This document shows, piece by piece, positions 25,983-42,239 of a DNA stretch of 64,000 nucleotides. The DNA is from Eledone cirrhosa (taxonomy: Eukaryota): assembly GCA_964016885.1 (NCBI GenBank), contig OZ024742.1, positions 114,204,001-114,268,000 on the forward strand, in the 5' to 3' direction. A program made the translations under genes and the position numbers. The notes beneath the pieces are model-generated. The model did not search any database and had not been told where the DNA came from. It was given only the letters and a program-made list of their open reading frames with translations. Within the stretch, counting starts at the first letter, position 1. Every line of letters starts with the position of its first letter.

Positions 25983-26775
25983 GAGATATATATATATATA
26001 TACATAATATTTTTTGTTGGAGAAGGTAAGATCTTTTCAGGAAAAAATTGATTGCACTGTTTTGTTTCCACTTATTTTTTGAAAATATTATAATTCATTA
26101 TAAAAATTAAACGATAAAAATTACAAGATTATATATGTAGAAGGACCCCCTTCATATGGCAACCAATATATTTCGACCTAGTCCGACACTGGTAATATAT
26201 AGGACTAAATTTCTTCATATGTAATCCATTTGCAACCACGCAGCATGCCATGTTTTCATATTTTTCATATATTTATATATTTCCTTCGCTGAGACCCGTC
26301 TTTTCTTTCTTACTGCTTCCCCTTTCTCTGTATCTATCACTTCCATTTACCCCCTCTGCCAGTCACTCTCTCTGTTAGCCACTTCCTCACACTTTCACTC
26401 ACTCACTTTCTGCTACAACTTCTCCTATTTCCTCTCGTTTGACCTCTGCGAAATTCTTTCCTCACTCACATTTCGACCATGTTGAATGGTCTTTATTCTC
26501 TCTCGTCTAGAATTTTACAAAACTTATGTTCATTGATTTCAGGGACTTGACTCCTTCTTCCTCACTTTTCGTTGCATTACCATCTTTTATTTACTGTCTC
26601 CCTCATTCACCGTATTTACGTGTCCGAACAACTTTCTTCAGCCGTTTCTCGCACCAACCAGCAGTATAAGGTCTTTAAAACGATGAAATATTAATGAAGG
26701 CAGGAAGATCACTGATGAAGGACTAAATTTATTCATATGTAACCCGTTTGCAACAACGCAGCACGACATGTCTTC

Positions 26776-26824
<49 letters not shown>

Positions 26825-26868
26825 AAAATAAACCAAAGAAGCCTTCAATACATAAAAAGTCTTTATAA

Positions 26869-26906
26869 GCCAACAACGTTTCGTCCTATTAAGGACTCAT
26901 CAGGGC
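26869..26906 (-). ncRNA. Type I minimal hammerhead ribozyme (family F)
   Basis: Minus strand: gcc CTGATGA gtcct-taat-aggac GAAA cgttgTT ggc. GUU triplet. Confidence 0.85.
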
Positions 26907-27880
26907 AAGTAAAGCTACAAGAAGCACTATCGTCCAATACAAGCGAAAAACTCAGAAGAATATGAAGTATACATCTATTAAAGCTTAGGAAATATTTCAA
27001 GGACAAGTTTGCTAAGATTAAGAGTGAGCAGTTACAAACATAGACCAAATAGCAAGGAAGTGAGTAACATGTTGATCCCACGTTGCTGACCCCACTTGGG
27101 ATCGGCAAGGGAGGCAACCCCTATATCAGGCGAATGAATTCAGTTGTGTATATTTTTGCAAGAATGCAAAAACATCACAAATCGAATAGAGATCTCAACA
27201 GAAGGGTTACAATTAGCATAAGCTATTCATCAGTCAATAGAATCAACTATAAAATCAAGAAAATTAACTGGTCAATAGCTAGAGTCTGGAGAATAATACA
27301 AACATAAATTATCGAGATTATATATGTATAAATATATATATATATATAGACACACACACACACACATATTTGTTGTGAAAGAGTCATTTCTCAATCTTGG
27401 CGCAAAACCAATTTTTTATCCACATGACCTCTACCGACCAATCAAAATTGTTTTGACCAAGAATTTTTGCTGGAGCCACTTTTTTAACATAAAAACAGTC
27501 TTGGCGCAAAATCAACTTTTTACATTCACATGACCTCTACCGACCAATCAAAATTGTTTTGACCACAAGCATTTTTGCAACACAAAAACAACGCTGGAGC
27601 CACTTTTTTAACATAAAACAGGTAGAATTCCCAAAACTAATCAGATCAGAGCAAACAGCACGGACACTCTATCTCAAAATTATTTTTGAAAAGCATTTAG
27701 AAATGCGCAACCGGTAAAAACTTAAAAACTTAAAACCACAACTGAATACTAACCCATACAATCACTAATACTCTTTTATTCCTAATTAAACCATTTTTCA
27801 ACTGTGAACAATTTGTCAGCATTTTCTATTCCGTTTACCAATATATAATAACTTGTGTGTTACACCTCTATTCTTTTAAC

Positions 27881-28396
<516 letters not shown>

Positions 28397-29373
28397 GTTA
28401 AAAGAATAGAGGTGTAACACACAAGTTATTATATATTGGTAAACGGTATATAAAATGCTGACAAATTGTTCACAGTTGAAAAATGGTTTAATTAGGAATA
28501 AAAGAGTATTAGTGATTGTATGGGTTAGTATTCAGTTGTAGTTTTAAGTTTTTAAGTCTTTACCGGTTGCGCATTTCTAATTGCTTTTCAAAAATAATTT
28601 TGAGATAGAGTGTCCGTGCTGTTTGCTCTGATCTGATTAGTTTTGGGAATTCTACCTGTTTTTATGTTAAAAAAGTGGCTCCAGCGTTGTTTTTGTGTTG
28701 CAAAAATGCTTGTGGTCAAAACAATTTTGATTGGTCGGTAGAGGTCATGTGAATGTAAAAAGTTGATTTTGCGCCAAGACTGTTTTTATGTTAAAAAAGT
28801 GGCTCCAGCAAAAATTCTTGGTCAAAACAATTTTGATTGGTCGGTAGAGGTCATGTGGATAAAAAATTGGTTTTGCGCCAAGATTGAGAAATGACTCTTT
28901 CACAACAAATATGTGTGTGTGTGTGTGTCTATATATATATATATATATTTATACATATATAATCTCGATAATTTATGTTTGTATTATTCTCCAGACTCTA
29001 GCTATTGACCAGTTAATTTTCTTGATTTTATAGTTGATTCTATTGACTGATGAATAGCTTATGTTAATTGTAACCCTTCTGTTGAGATCTCTATTCGATT
29101 TGTGATGTTTTTGCATTCTTGCAAAAATATACACAACTGAATTCATTCGCCTGATATAGGGGTTGCCTCTCTTGCCGATCCCAAGTGGGGTCAGCAACGT
29201 GGGATCAACATGTTACTCACGTCCTTGCTATTTGGTCTATGTTTGTAACTGCTCACTCTTAATCTTAGCAAACTTTTCCTTGAAATATTTCCTAAGCTTT
29301 AATAGATGTATACTTCATATTCTTCTGAGTTTTTCGCTTGTATTGGCCGATAGTGCTTCTTGTAGCTTTACTT

Positions 29374-29411
29374 GCCCTGATGAGTCCTTAATAGGACGAA
29401 ACGTTGTTGGC
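29374..29411 (+). ncRNA. Type I minimal hammerhead ribozyme (family F, mirror copy)
   Basis: gcc CTGATGA gtcct-taat-aggac GAAA cgttgTT ggc. Confidence 0.85.
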
Positions 29412-30265
29412 TTATAAAGACTTTTCATGTATTGAAGGCTTCTTTGGTTTATTTTTTATAATATATATATATATATATATAAATATTTATATGAAGACAT
29501 GTCGTGCTGCGTTGTTGCAAACGGGTTACATATGAATAAATTTAGTCCTCCATCAGTGATCTTCCTGCCTTCATTAATATTTCATCGTTTTAAAGACCTT
29601 ATACTGCTGGTTGGTGCGAGAAACGGCTGAAGAAAGTCGTTCGGACAGGTAAATAGGGTGAACGAGGGAGACAGTAAATAAAAGATGGTAATGCAACGAA
29701 AAGTGAGGAAGAAGGAGTCAAGTCCCTGAAATCAATGAACATAAGTTTTGTAAAATTCTAGACGAGAGAGAATACAGACCATTCAACATGGTCGAAATGT
29801 GAGTGAGGAAAGAATTTCGCAGAGGTCAAACGAGAGGAAATAGGAGAAGTTGTAGCAGAAAGTGAGTGAGTGAAAGTGTGAGGAAGTGGCTAACAGAGAG
29901 AGTGACTGGCAGAGGGGGTAAATGGAAGTGATAGATACAGAGAAAGGGGAAGCAGTAAGAAAGAAAAGACGGGTCTCAGCGAAGGAAATATATAAATATA
30001 TGAAAAATATGAAAACATGGCATGCTGCGTGGTTGCAAATGGGTTACATATGAAGAAATTTAGTCCTATATATTACCAGTGTCGGACTAGGTCGAAATAT
30101 ATTGGTTGCCATATGAAGGGGGTCCTTCTACATATATAATCTTGTAATTTTTATCGTTTAATTTTTATAATGAATTATAATATTTTCAAAAAATAAGTGG
30201 AAACAAAACAGTGCAATCAATTTTTTCCTGATAAGATCTTACCTTCTCCAACAAAAAATATTATG

Positions 30266-30377
<112 letters not shown>

Positions 30378-30432
30378 TGTGTGTGCATGTATCTATATAT
30401 CTATCTCTCTATGTATTTAAATATATATATAT

Positions 30433-31330
30433 ATAATATTAATTCAAAATATTAACAAAATAGATATTCTTGTGATCAATTATATTTTATTATACATATT
30501 TCAGAGGTCCTGAGTTAAGTTCAACAGTATGTCTTCATCAGATAAAATAAAATGATACATGACATACCCTGACATGGTAGATGGTTAGGATTCAATCAAG
30601 GTAGTGATTAACTTATGACAAAACTCAATATTTATACCCTAAAATTGTCAATATTATAAGTATTTTTGGTAAAGATTACCTTTGTGAGGATATAAACATT
30701 ATACATATATATATTTTCTTTCTCGTGTTTCGTAAATCCTTTAAATTTGTTTCAATAAAATTTGAATTTTAGAAATTTAACATAATTATATTATAATATT
30801 AATACAAATGCCTATTAACTTTTAAAACCTAAATTATGATTCTTCACCCTGAAATAGCATAAATTAAATATTTTGAAAATTAACCGCCAACTATATTATA
30901 TAGAAATCCCCTTTGTCTCTCTCTCTCTTTTATCGTCTTTCATTTGTCTTCTCAAGCCTCATAGTAAATATATTATCACATCTATTATGCTTTCTTTTCC
31001 ATCCTCTTTCTCTAGTAGTTTTTAAAATTAAAAATGTTATAGCAGTTATATTGATGCCATGTATTTCTTAAAATCTATTTCACGCACCCTCTCTATTGTT
31101 TGTATTACCTTATCTCATGTTCTCAATATTAGAGTATACATATTGAGTTTTGTCATAAGTTAATCACTACATTGATTGAATCTTAACCATCTACCATGTC
31201 AGGGTATGTCATGTATCATTTTATTTTATCTGAAGAGGATGTACTGTTGAACTTAACTCAGTACCTCTGAAATATGTATAATAAAATATAATTGATCACA
31301 AGAATATCTCATTTGTTAATATTTTGAATT
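30433..31330. mobile_element. Family E element, mirror copy (HHRs 30484-30548 minus, 31223-31287 plus)
   Basis: Reverse complement of 24960-25850. Confidence 0.85.
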
Positions 31331-31711
31331 AATACTAATAACTCTGGAACATAATTTTATTGTTGTGTCTTCCAATCTATTGTAAAATTCATTCTTTGAT
31401 GTATTCATTGAACCTTGTTTAACTCTTAAATATATATATATATAAAAATATTTTATGTCCGTGCTGTTTGCTCTGATCAGAGCAAACAGCACGGACACTC
31501 TATCTCAAAATTATTTTTGAAAAGCATTTAGAAATGCGCAACCGGTAAAAACTTAAAAACTTAAAACCACAACTGAATACTAACCCATACAATCACTAAT
31601 ACTCTTTTATTCCTAATTAAACCATTTTTCAACTGTGAACAATTTGTCAGCATTTTCTATTCCGTTTACCAATATATAATAACTTGTGTGTTACACCTCT
31701 TTTCTTTTAAC

Positions 31712-31937
<226 letters not shown>

Positions 31938-31944
31938 GTTAAAA

Positions 31945-32045
<101 letters not shown>

Positions 32046-32452
32046 AATATATATATATATATTTAAGAGTTAAACAAGGTTCAATGTATATATATGCTTG
32101 TGTGCCTGTGTCTATATCTGTATTTTGCACGCATCAATGAATAAACTAAACTTTAGATTTAGTAGAATGTACAAACAGATTCCAGCTATTTGCACTATCG
32201 TGTATTTTGGCTTCTAGCAATTCTCTGGGGAATTGTTTGACCGAATGGTTTGCTTAATTGTTTTATTTATTTTTCAACAATTTTTATTATTTCTCTTAGA
32301 TTCCAGGTATGTTTTGAAAGAACAGCATTCTCCGATAAAATACTAGAGTGGGCCCTTCAATACCACTGTGGGCTCTTGCAATGCTACCACGGGCCTCCTG
32401 GGGCCCACTTCGTATTGGGCAACTTGCCAGTCAACCAGTCCCCTACTGTATG

Positions 32453-32475
<23 letters not shown>

Positions 32476-32483
<8 letters not shown>

Positions 32484-32785
32484 AGATCAAAAGATGGTTA
32501 AAGGAGTTCCATATATTTTATTATGCGCATTTCAAAAACAAACATCATCAAACAATAATATTTGTGTTTTCATCAGATAAAACAGGAGAATGTTGATTTA
32601 AAAGATATGTTGATTTGTTGATTTAAAACTGCACTATCAACAAGTGTTTTTTTTTAGCCTTCATATCATGTTCTCCTGTTTTATCTGATGAAAACACAAA
32701 TATTATTGTTTGATGATGTTTGTTTTTGAAATGCGCATAATAAAATATATGGAACTCCTTTAACCATCTTTTGATCTTATATTAT
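32476..32785. mobile_element. Family G 310-bp element with perfect ~115-bp inverted arms, each carrying an intact HHR (32516-32582 minus, 32679-32745 plus)
   Basis: ttttat CTGATGA aaacacaaatattatt..gatgatgtttgttttt GAAA tgcgcaTA ataaaa. Palindromic TGCGCA stem/loop III. Confidence 0.88.
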
Positions 32786-32868
32786 GCATACTCCAGTCCC
32801 ACAAACTGTAGAGTGCTTCTTATCCGATATCTGCATTGCTTTATTGTACTACAATAAAACTCACCTCC

Positions 32869-34397
<1,529 letters not shown>

Positions 34398-34419
34398 TAT
34401 ATATATATATATATATATA

Positions 34420-35060
34420 ATGGAAAAATTTGAACAGGAACAATACAGAGAGGCAGTACAACGAATGTTTATTAATTTCACGCTCTGGAGAGTGGGGTGT
34501 TGGTGGTGAACGACGTTTCGGGCATAAGCCCTTCCTCAGATGAGAAGTGTGTGGGAACAGAGTTCAAAGGGTGTGTAGGGGAGTGGTGGAGAGACATATA
34601 GCGAAAGGAAACGGTGCGAATGAAATTAAAAATAAAAATAAATATAAAGCATGATCAAAATACAAGGAATGAAATAAATTTAAATATAAAAACATGATCA
34701 AAATAAACTGAAATTAAAAGGGGGGGTAAAACAGGTGGTGGAAGGGTGTGGGGGTGTATGGGGGTGGCGGTTGGAGTGGGGAGAGGGAGACGGGCTGTCC
34801 AGTCGGGGAGGGCTGAAGGTGGTGTGTGTGTGTAGGTGTACGTGTGTGTGTGTGTGTATGTGAAAGTAAGAGTTGGGGGAAGAACGGGGTTTCATGTTCA
34901 GGAGGAGGTGTATGTGTGGGGGGGGGTTAGGTCGGAGTGTCTGTGCGTGTGTGGATAAAGGGGTGGGGGGAGAGGAATCAGGAGTCTGAGGGTGTAAATA
35001 TGTGGTGGAAAGCACGTCTGTATGGGGTTTAAGCGTGTTGTGGGTGTAGGTGGCGTGTGA
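34420..35060 (-). mobile_element. Probable Penelope-type terminal fragment with a partial HHR (34511-34541)
   Basis: Minus strand: CTGAGGA a gggc-ttat-gccc GAAA cgtcgtt. Stem I pairing is not evident. Confidence 0.45.
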
Positions 35061-35202
35061 AGAAAAACATTTTTTGGGGTGTATATATATATATATATAT
35101 ATATGTTAGTATGTATATATAAACAAGCAAATATTGCAGCAAAACGTTTACATGTCGGCGTGAGAGAGTATGAATTTATTTGCTTTGACGTATATTACTG
35201 TG

Positions 35203-35265
<63 letters not shown>

Positions 35266-36671
35266 ATGTTTAATATAGAAATGGCTTTTACAGGAGTAGA
35301 ACTGTTTCATTCGAAGCAAATCATCAGGAAAGCCCTAAGAGTTTGGATGAGACCACCCATGTAAACTCTCATATCTGAAGAAGTGTCGTTTAAGAGTCGA
35401 GATCCGATCACATGTTCAAACGCGAGCTGATCGATATGGAAACAAATTGCAGTATGTATTAATGTTTACTAAAATCTGCAATGTTTATTGTCACTTTATA
35501 TATCTATATATATATAATTTCCGTTCTGTGTGTGTGTGTGTAAATGAGTTTCACTTGGAAAATATTCCATCGATCTCTGTCAAATTAAACACATAGCCAA
35601 AATAAGCTAGGGTTTGATCAAAAAAAAATATTTCATAATGATTAATTTCGATGTCACAAACTTCGATTTTATAATCTTATAGACTTTTGCACAAACAAAT
35701 TCCATGACGGCCATAAAGAGAGAGAGAGCGTTCCTTGTACGCACTTCTTAACTCTCCCCCTTCCACAACACGACGTTATGGGATTGTATGTGTATGTGCG
35801 TGTGTATATGTGTGTGTATGTGTTTATGTGTGTATGTGTGCGTGCAGTGTGTGTGTGTGTGTAATTTCCATAACGGCCAGAGAGAGAAGGATGTGTGAGA
35901 GGGAGATAGAAAGAGAGGAGTGAGAGAGAGAGAGAGTAAAATAAAGAAAGAGGGGAGTGTGTGTGACGCGAATATGATAAATACAGCGTTTATAATTTTA
36001 ACTTATTTATTACACTTCTTAACTCTCCCCCTTCCACAACGTCACGTCTTGGGATTGTGTGCGTATGTGTGTGTGTGTATGTGTGTGTGTTTGTGTGTAT
36101 GTGTGTGTATGATTGTGTGTGTATGTGTTTGTGTGTGTGTGTACATGATGGATGTTTTAAAATACACATTGTTCAACCGACACGGCTAACGATACATTTC
36201 TCTATGTTCACATTTTAATGAGACATATCTGTAAATAAAACTTGCTCTTTTTGAATACCGTCTCATTTTTCTTTATTGAAAGAGTTGATCAGGTAAAATT
36301 ATCCTCCAAGTTAAACATAGAGCACGGAAATTGACCATTAACATTGCAGCCCTACGAAGAACTGACACCGTCCAATGGACAGGGGTCATTTGCCAGTATA
36401 TACATATATATATACGATATTAAACAAATGGAAACTATATTTATAAAACCATATTTATTTCATTATATATATTTCAGGGATATCATATTAAAAATATAGT
36501 ATGCCTTCCTCAGACAAAATACAATATATAAACCGTTTTATAAATAAATAAATTTGACATTCAATTAAACAGTGCGACTTCCATTTAAAAAGTTGATTTG
36601 GTAGTGAAAATGTTAATGACAGTTAGAAAAAAAAAGTCGAAGAAAAAGGGAAAGAAAAGAGAAAAAAGAAG

Positions 36672-36870
36672 GAAAGTCTATAGTGCTAAGGATGAAGAGA
36701 AGAAGAAAGAAAGTCTATAGTGCTCAGGACAGTTAGAGAAGAAGATGAAGAGATGTATGTAAAGAGGAAAAGAAGGAAAGTGTATAGTGCTAAGGACGAA
36801 GAGAAGAAGAAAGAAAGTGTATAGTGCTCAGGACAGTTAGAGAAGAAGATGAAGAGATGTATGTAAAGAA
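36672..36870 (+). repeat. Two tandem copies of a ~105-bp purine-rich unit
   Basis: agt.tatagtgctaagga.gaagagaagaagaaagaaagt.tatagtgctcaggacagttagagaagaagatgaagagatgtatgtaaag occurs twice. Confidence 0.8.
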
Positions 36871-37966
36871 AAACAACAGAGCGAGATAGAGAGAGAAAGA
36901 GATATGGGAGAGAGAAATATATTGAGGAAGTGAAAAATGATAGGCATGTTGAGGACAGATGATCAGCGTACAAATAAGAGATTAAGGGGGGAAGGGGGTA
37001 CTGTAATTATTTATTTATTTAGGAGAGAAATAAAATTAAAAATAAAGATAAATAAAGAGAGGTAGAGAGAGATATAGGTGGTGGGAGAAAGGAGGTAGAT
37101 CGAGTAATATCTATCATACGAGGTGGGAGATATACAGTTAAAACAGCCGATACATAAATCCCGTCAAGTGTAGAGGAGAAAAAGAAAGAAAAATGATATA
37201 TTTAAAATATGTGTCATCCATTTGAATTATCAATTCATATGAATTAGGTATCATAATGTAAATATCAATATTCATGAATGAGACACATATCAATAATGTG
37301 TGAAAAAAATGAAAAAAATAATAACCCCATGTTTAGTTTAAACATTCTTAGGTTTATAAGCAAAATCTGAGATAAAACCTCAAGAATACTGAAATACATA
37401 AGTATATATGTATTTTCATGAAAAAAGAAAAAAGAGAAGGTTATCTCAAAATCAAGTTGACAATTATAGACACACATGTGAATTTACGTGATCGGCTCTG
37501 TAAATTCTTATTTTTCATGAAAATCTTCATTGCGTTACAAAAGATTCCACCATACATATATGTACATACATATATATATAGACATAAAGTATATATTAAT
37601 ATTAATAATAATATTCTTGCCCTCACTTACATGATTATCGTTCAAGCATAGAATAGACAACAGATATCAATATATTAAAAACGCCAAGAATATCTTCGTC
37701 ACTCCCCAGAGTAACTAGGGACGTAAGAAAACATAGTATACCATGCATATTAACCACAGAAAACCACCCTTCCAATTTACTTGACAATATATTGTCAGGT
37801 TCATTAGAAGCAATCAGAATCAAAAGCAAACAAAACCAAAATTATTCAACAAAACTTATTTAGCAGAAATCATTTATCGTAAACCTACTCCAAAATCTGT
37901 TGAGTGCTTTCATATCAGTTATAAAATATTTACTCGTTGTAACCCAACAATTTTAAATAAAACTTT

Positions 37967-38047
<81 letters not shown>

Positions 38048-38148
38048 GACAATAAACATTGCAGCTTTTAGTAAACATTAACACACATTACAATATATAT
38101 TCATACATACAAACATACATCATACATACATACATATATTATATTTAT

Positions 38149-39700
38149 AACGAAGGAAATGTTGGTAAGGAATCAGGTGGACCATAACGCACCAAAGTAC
38201 TCAATACTTAGGGAAGTAGAGTGGGTTATAGGAACCAGTAAGACCCCGACGGCTGAGATCAAGCCGTTTCGAAGGCTAATTCTGGACTAAATGAAAATTT
38301 ATCCTGGTATTTAAATAGCCGAGGCTTCTCAAGGGGTAATTCCATATATGGTCAAAGTGATCGTCCAGAGTCAGTAGTAATTCTGTGATTGCAAATTAGT
38401 AGGGGAGATGGTGGCTAAACCTGCCAGTAGGAGAAAAAGAGGAGGGGGTGGAGTAGACCCAATCATGCGTTGGTAGTGCCAGCTACAGCTGGGCATGAGG
38501 TCAAAGAAGATACTGGGGAGGGGGAGGGTGGAAGTCGGAACGGTAAGTAGAACAATGAGAGGTAAAAATATATATATGAAAGAAAAAATACTGAGAGTGA
38601 TGAAAAGCGAATAAAGAAAAAAAAGTATAAAAGCAAGTTCTACGACCTAAGTCTCTAGTATTGTTAGGCTAGATAAATATTTAAATAAAGAAATAAAGAA
38701 ATAAATAAAGAGATAAAGAAATAAGTAAATAAACTAGGTGGGACGGAATAGGCAAGGACCCTTTTAAGAGGTATAAGTACGTAAATCATACGGTGACGGG
38801 TCAACAAATGGGGCCAAAATACTAAAGAAACTACCACGAAATAATAATAAATGTTTCTATCCCGGCACAATGCAGCAACCACCCGGAGCAGCAAAGTAAA
38901 CTAGTAGAGATAAAAATTCTGAGTCCCGAAAAAAATATATACTAATGCTAACTCTAAAATATCTCATACAAGCTACATGAAAGTTCGTACGAAGTAAAGG
39001 TAGAATACGGAAAAATAAATTCAGAATCCACCCCGCCCAAAAGAAAAGAGAAGAAAGAAATACTGAAACGAGAAAATAAGGCATAAGTGCCACTAAGAAA
39101 TATAGAAGGCACGGAAAATAGTGGGAGCGGTCAGAAAAGGGGCAAGTATCCGAGGTCTAACACAACTGCTATAAAAAGCGGAGTCCGCCAAATCTATCAT
39201 AGACTAGGGAAGGAGATGGGGTACTGAGGCTACAAGGGGCCAAAGGGCAGCCTCGGGTGGGCGAGAAAAGACGCCGACAAAGAAGAAGAACTGGGGTAGA
39301 AGGACTAAGGAGGGATGGGAGAAGAAGGAAATAAAGGAAGCGATAAAAGAATAAAAAGAAGATCTTACGTCTCCCTTGCAAGCAAGTGGTTACCCATTGC
39401 AAAATCGGCAAGCGGGGTGTTATAGCCCTAGTCTACCCCCCGGGGGTTATTATGGGGTTTGAGGGCGAGGTAAGTCCTACGCAATCTATGTTTACATGAA
39501 GTAACCAGGCAGGTTTAGCCACCATCTCCCTACTAATTTGCAATCACAGAATTACTACTGCCTCTTGACAATCACTTTGACCATATATGGAATTACCCCT
39601 TGAGAAGCTCGGCTATTTAAATACCAGGATAAATTTTCATTTAGTCCAGAATTAGTCTTCGAAACGGCTTGAGCTCAGCCGTCGGGGTCTTACTGGTTCC
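38149..39700. mobile_element. Family B element (1.55 kb) with ~190-bp inverted arms, each carrying a UUGAGAA variant HHR (38243-38337 minus, 39595-39688 plus)
   Basis: 38231-38425 is the reverse complement of ~39511-39700. Homologous to 12697-13475. Confidence 0.8.
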
Positions 39701-39712
39701 TATATATATATT

Positions 39713-39882
<170 letters not shown>

Positions 39883-40069
39883 CATGATTCAAAGTTCTGT
39901 TCAAACCATTTATTAGCTTACAATTGTTTCGTCCAAACCGAGGTGTTTGGAGTTTTCGGAGCAATTTTTTCAATGATTGTTTACATACATGACCTCCTTT
40001 CCAACACAAGATACATCCAGAAACATATGTATATATCGATGTACAGTGGGGTGACATCCATTATAATAT

Positions 40070-41238
40070 TTTAGCATGGCAATTTACATTCAAAAATTAA
40101 AATTCAATATAGAAAGAACTAGAAAACTATTGCACAGGACAATCAAAAACTATAACCTTAGTATCACCATAGACAAAAACACTAAAAACGTTAACTTGCT
40201 AGACGCCACACTCTACCTAGACTCAACGATATATACACCTTTCCATAAACCTAACGAAAAACTGATTTACGTAGCTACCAAGTCTAACCACCCTAGATCA
40301 ATATTAAATTCTATCTCTAAGGGAGTATCTAATAGAATCTCTAATCTATCCTATGACGTAAACATATTTAGCAAAAACTCGCAACATTATAATCAGGCAT
40401 TAGATAGATCAGGCCATAATATAGAGATCGTGTTCCTACCTACTAAAACACATAGCTACAACATTATTTCGCACAATATGTCAATGAGGAAATTTAGTAA
40501 TAAGAATAGCAACCACACACACAAATACGAAGGAGGCCAACAAACGTAACCCACACCACGGAAGTTACCATAGTACCATAAAAGGAAACAACTCATCAGA
40601 CATAAAAAACAAAAATAGAAGAAATAATACATTTTTCAGACCCTCCTTTCAATCTAAACGTATCTACCAACCTACCCAAGGCTTTCTTCTGACTACTAGA
40701 TAAAAACTTCCCATCTGGCCACAAATACCACACATAGCCTTTTAAACAAAAACACAATTAAATCTCCTACTCTACTACGCCTAACATACCATACCACATA
40801 GCTAGCAGCAATAAAAGAAACATTAATTCTTACTTCCAACAAAGTAAATCACAACAGGCGGTAAACCTGCAAAATAACATTATATAAAATAACCCTGATA
40901 ACAATAGTAATAATAGTAATAGCACTAGTGTAAGCAATGACGCTGAGATCGACAACCCCCATAACCATAATCCTACAGCTACCATCCAGACTTCTATATA
41001 ACATAATAACCGGCAGACTAACACCCAAAATAATTGTAACTGTAGATCTAATAGAACCTGCCCTTTAGATAAAAAGTGCTTAATCAATGATTCATATACT
41101 CATGCACCGTCACAACTAGCAACTCTTCTGAAACCTATATAGGCTCTACTTCAAACTGCTTCAAAACCAGATACAATTCGCACCTCCACTCTTTCAAAAA
41201 ACCCAGTCTAGCCAACTCCACTTCACTATCTAGCTACA
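40070..41238 (+). mobile_element. Decayed Penelope-like element, Naiad-type (RT C-terminus, CxC-x5-C linker, GIY-YIG start), cut by the assembly gap
   Basis: NVNLLDATL..PFHKPNEKLIYV..SNHP; DPPFNLNVSTNLPKAFF*LLDKNFP; NCNCRSNRTCPLDKKCL; TYIGSTS..FK.RY..H. Confidence 0.85.
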
Positions 41239-41438
41239 NNNNNNNNNNNNNNNNNNNNNNNNNNNNNNNNNNNNNNNNNNNNNNNNNNNNNNNNNNNNNN
41301 NNNNNNNNNNNNNNNNNNNNNNNNNNNNNNNNNNNNNNNNNNNNNNNNNNNNNNNNNNNNNNNNNNNNNNNNNNNNNNNNNNNNNNNNNNNNNNNNNNNN
41401 NNNNNNNNNNNNNNNNNNNNNNNNNNNNNNNNNNNNNN
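41239..41438. other. Assembly gap (200 N)
   Basis: Run of N. Confidence 1.
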
Positions 41439-42239
41439 AACCCCCGGCACAATCACCACCCCTACCCCTGCCTCGATCGACTCCTGTGACAACACGTATT
41501 TATTCATATGTCCATACAATGATACTGTTATTTAAGATCGTACATGCACATATACTTTCATATACTTATATGTGTGGGTGTTGGTGTGTGTGCTTGTGGG
41601 TGTGGGTGTGTGTGGGTGCGGATGTGTGTATGTGTGTGTGTCTGTGTCCATAGGGGATGCACCTGGGCCTCTGCTTGTGCGTGTGTGCTTGGAACGATGT
41701 GAGTTGAGATACAGGTGAGTTGACATATACGTACACTATGCCGAAATAGGAACTGTAGTCTTCTGATTTCCCGGTTTTTAAAACTCGGGTTCCGGTGTTT
41801 TACACTCACCCCTGTCTCATTTGCTCTTAAAACGCACCACACCTTGATACCACTTCCCGATTCTGACACACAGCCTTTCTACTTAAGTCAATATTTTCTA
41901 AATCTTTCAATCTTTCAGATTGGTTATAACACACGCATTTTATTTTATTTTATTCTTTTATTTTTTTATTCTTTTATTCTTTTATTCGTTTATTCTTTTA
42001 TTCTTTTATTATATTATTCTCTTTATTATTTTATTATTTTTTGTTTATCTTTTACTTTTTTATCTTTTTATTTTCTTCATTGTATTGCCTCTAATTATTT
42101 TATTTCTCCATTTTACTTTATCATATATCTTCATCTGCTTGCCCCCCCCCCCCCCGAGAAATGGTGGCAGGATGGATGCCAACCCACACACACACACACG
42201 TTTCTTCTAAACATAGCGGCAGCCGAACTAAAGCTGACC

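Noticed and set aside
26161-26725. Split HHR halves (CTGATGAaggac at 26712 plus; gactaggtcGAAA near 26172-26183 minus)
   Set aside because: The halves are on opposite strands ~500 bp apart, so there is no complete motif.
27370-27620. ~120-bp tandem repeats (and the 36672-36870 repeats) as a CRISPR-like array
   Set aside because: Eukaryotic context, only two units, and no unique spacers or cas genes.
35300-35330. Minus-strand CTGATGA tttgcttcgaat GAAA cagtt
   Set aside because: Stem I partner is absent and stem II is weak, so at most a relic.
37640-37960. Possible Penelope linker-region coding relic
   Set aside because: Resemblance is too weak to support without an HMM search.
41226-41519. 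ORFs containing X runs
   Set aside because: Artefacts of the 200-N gap.
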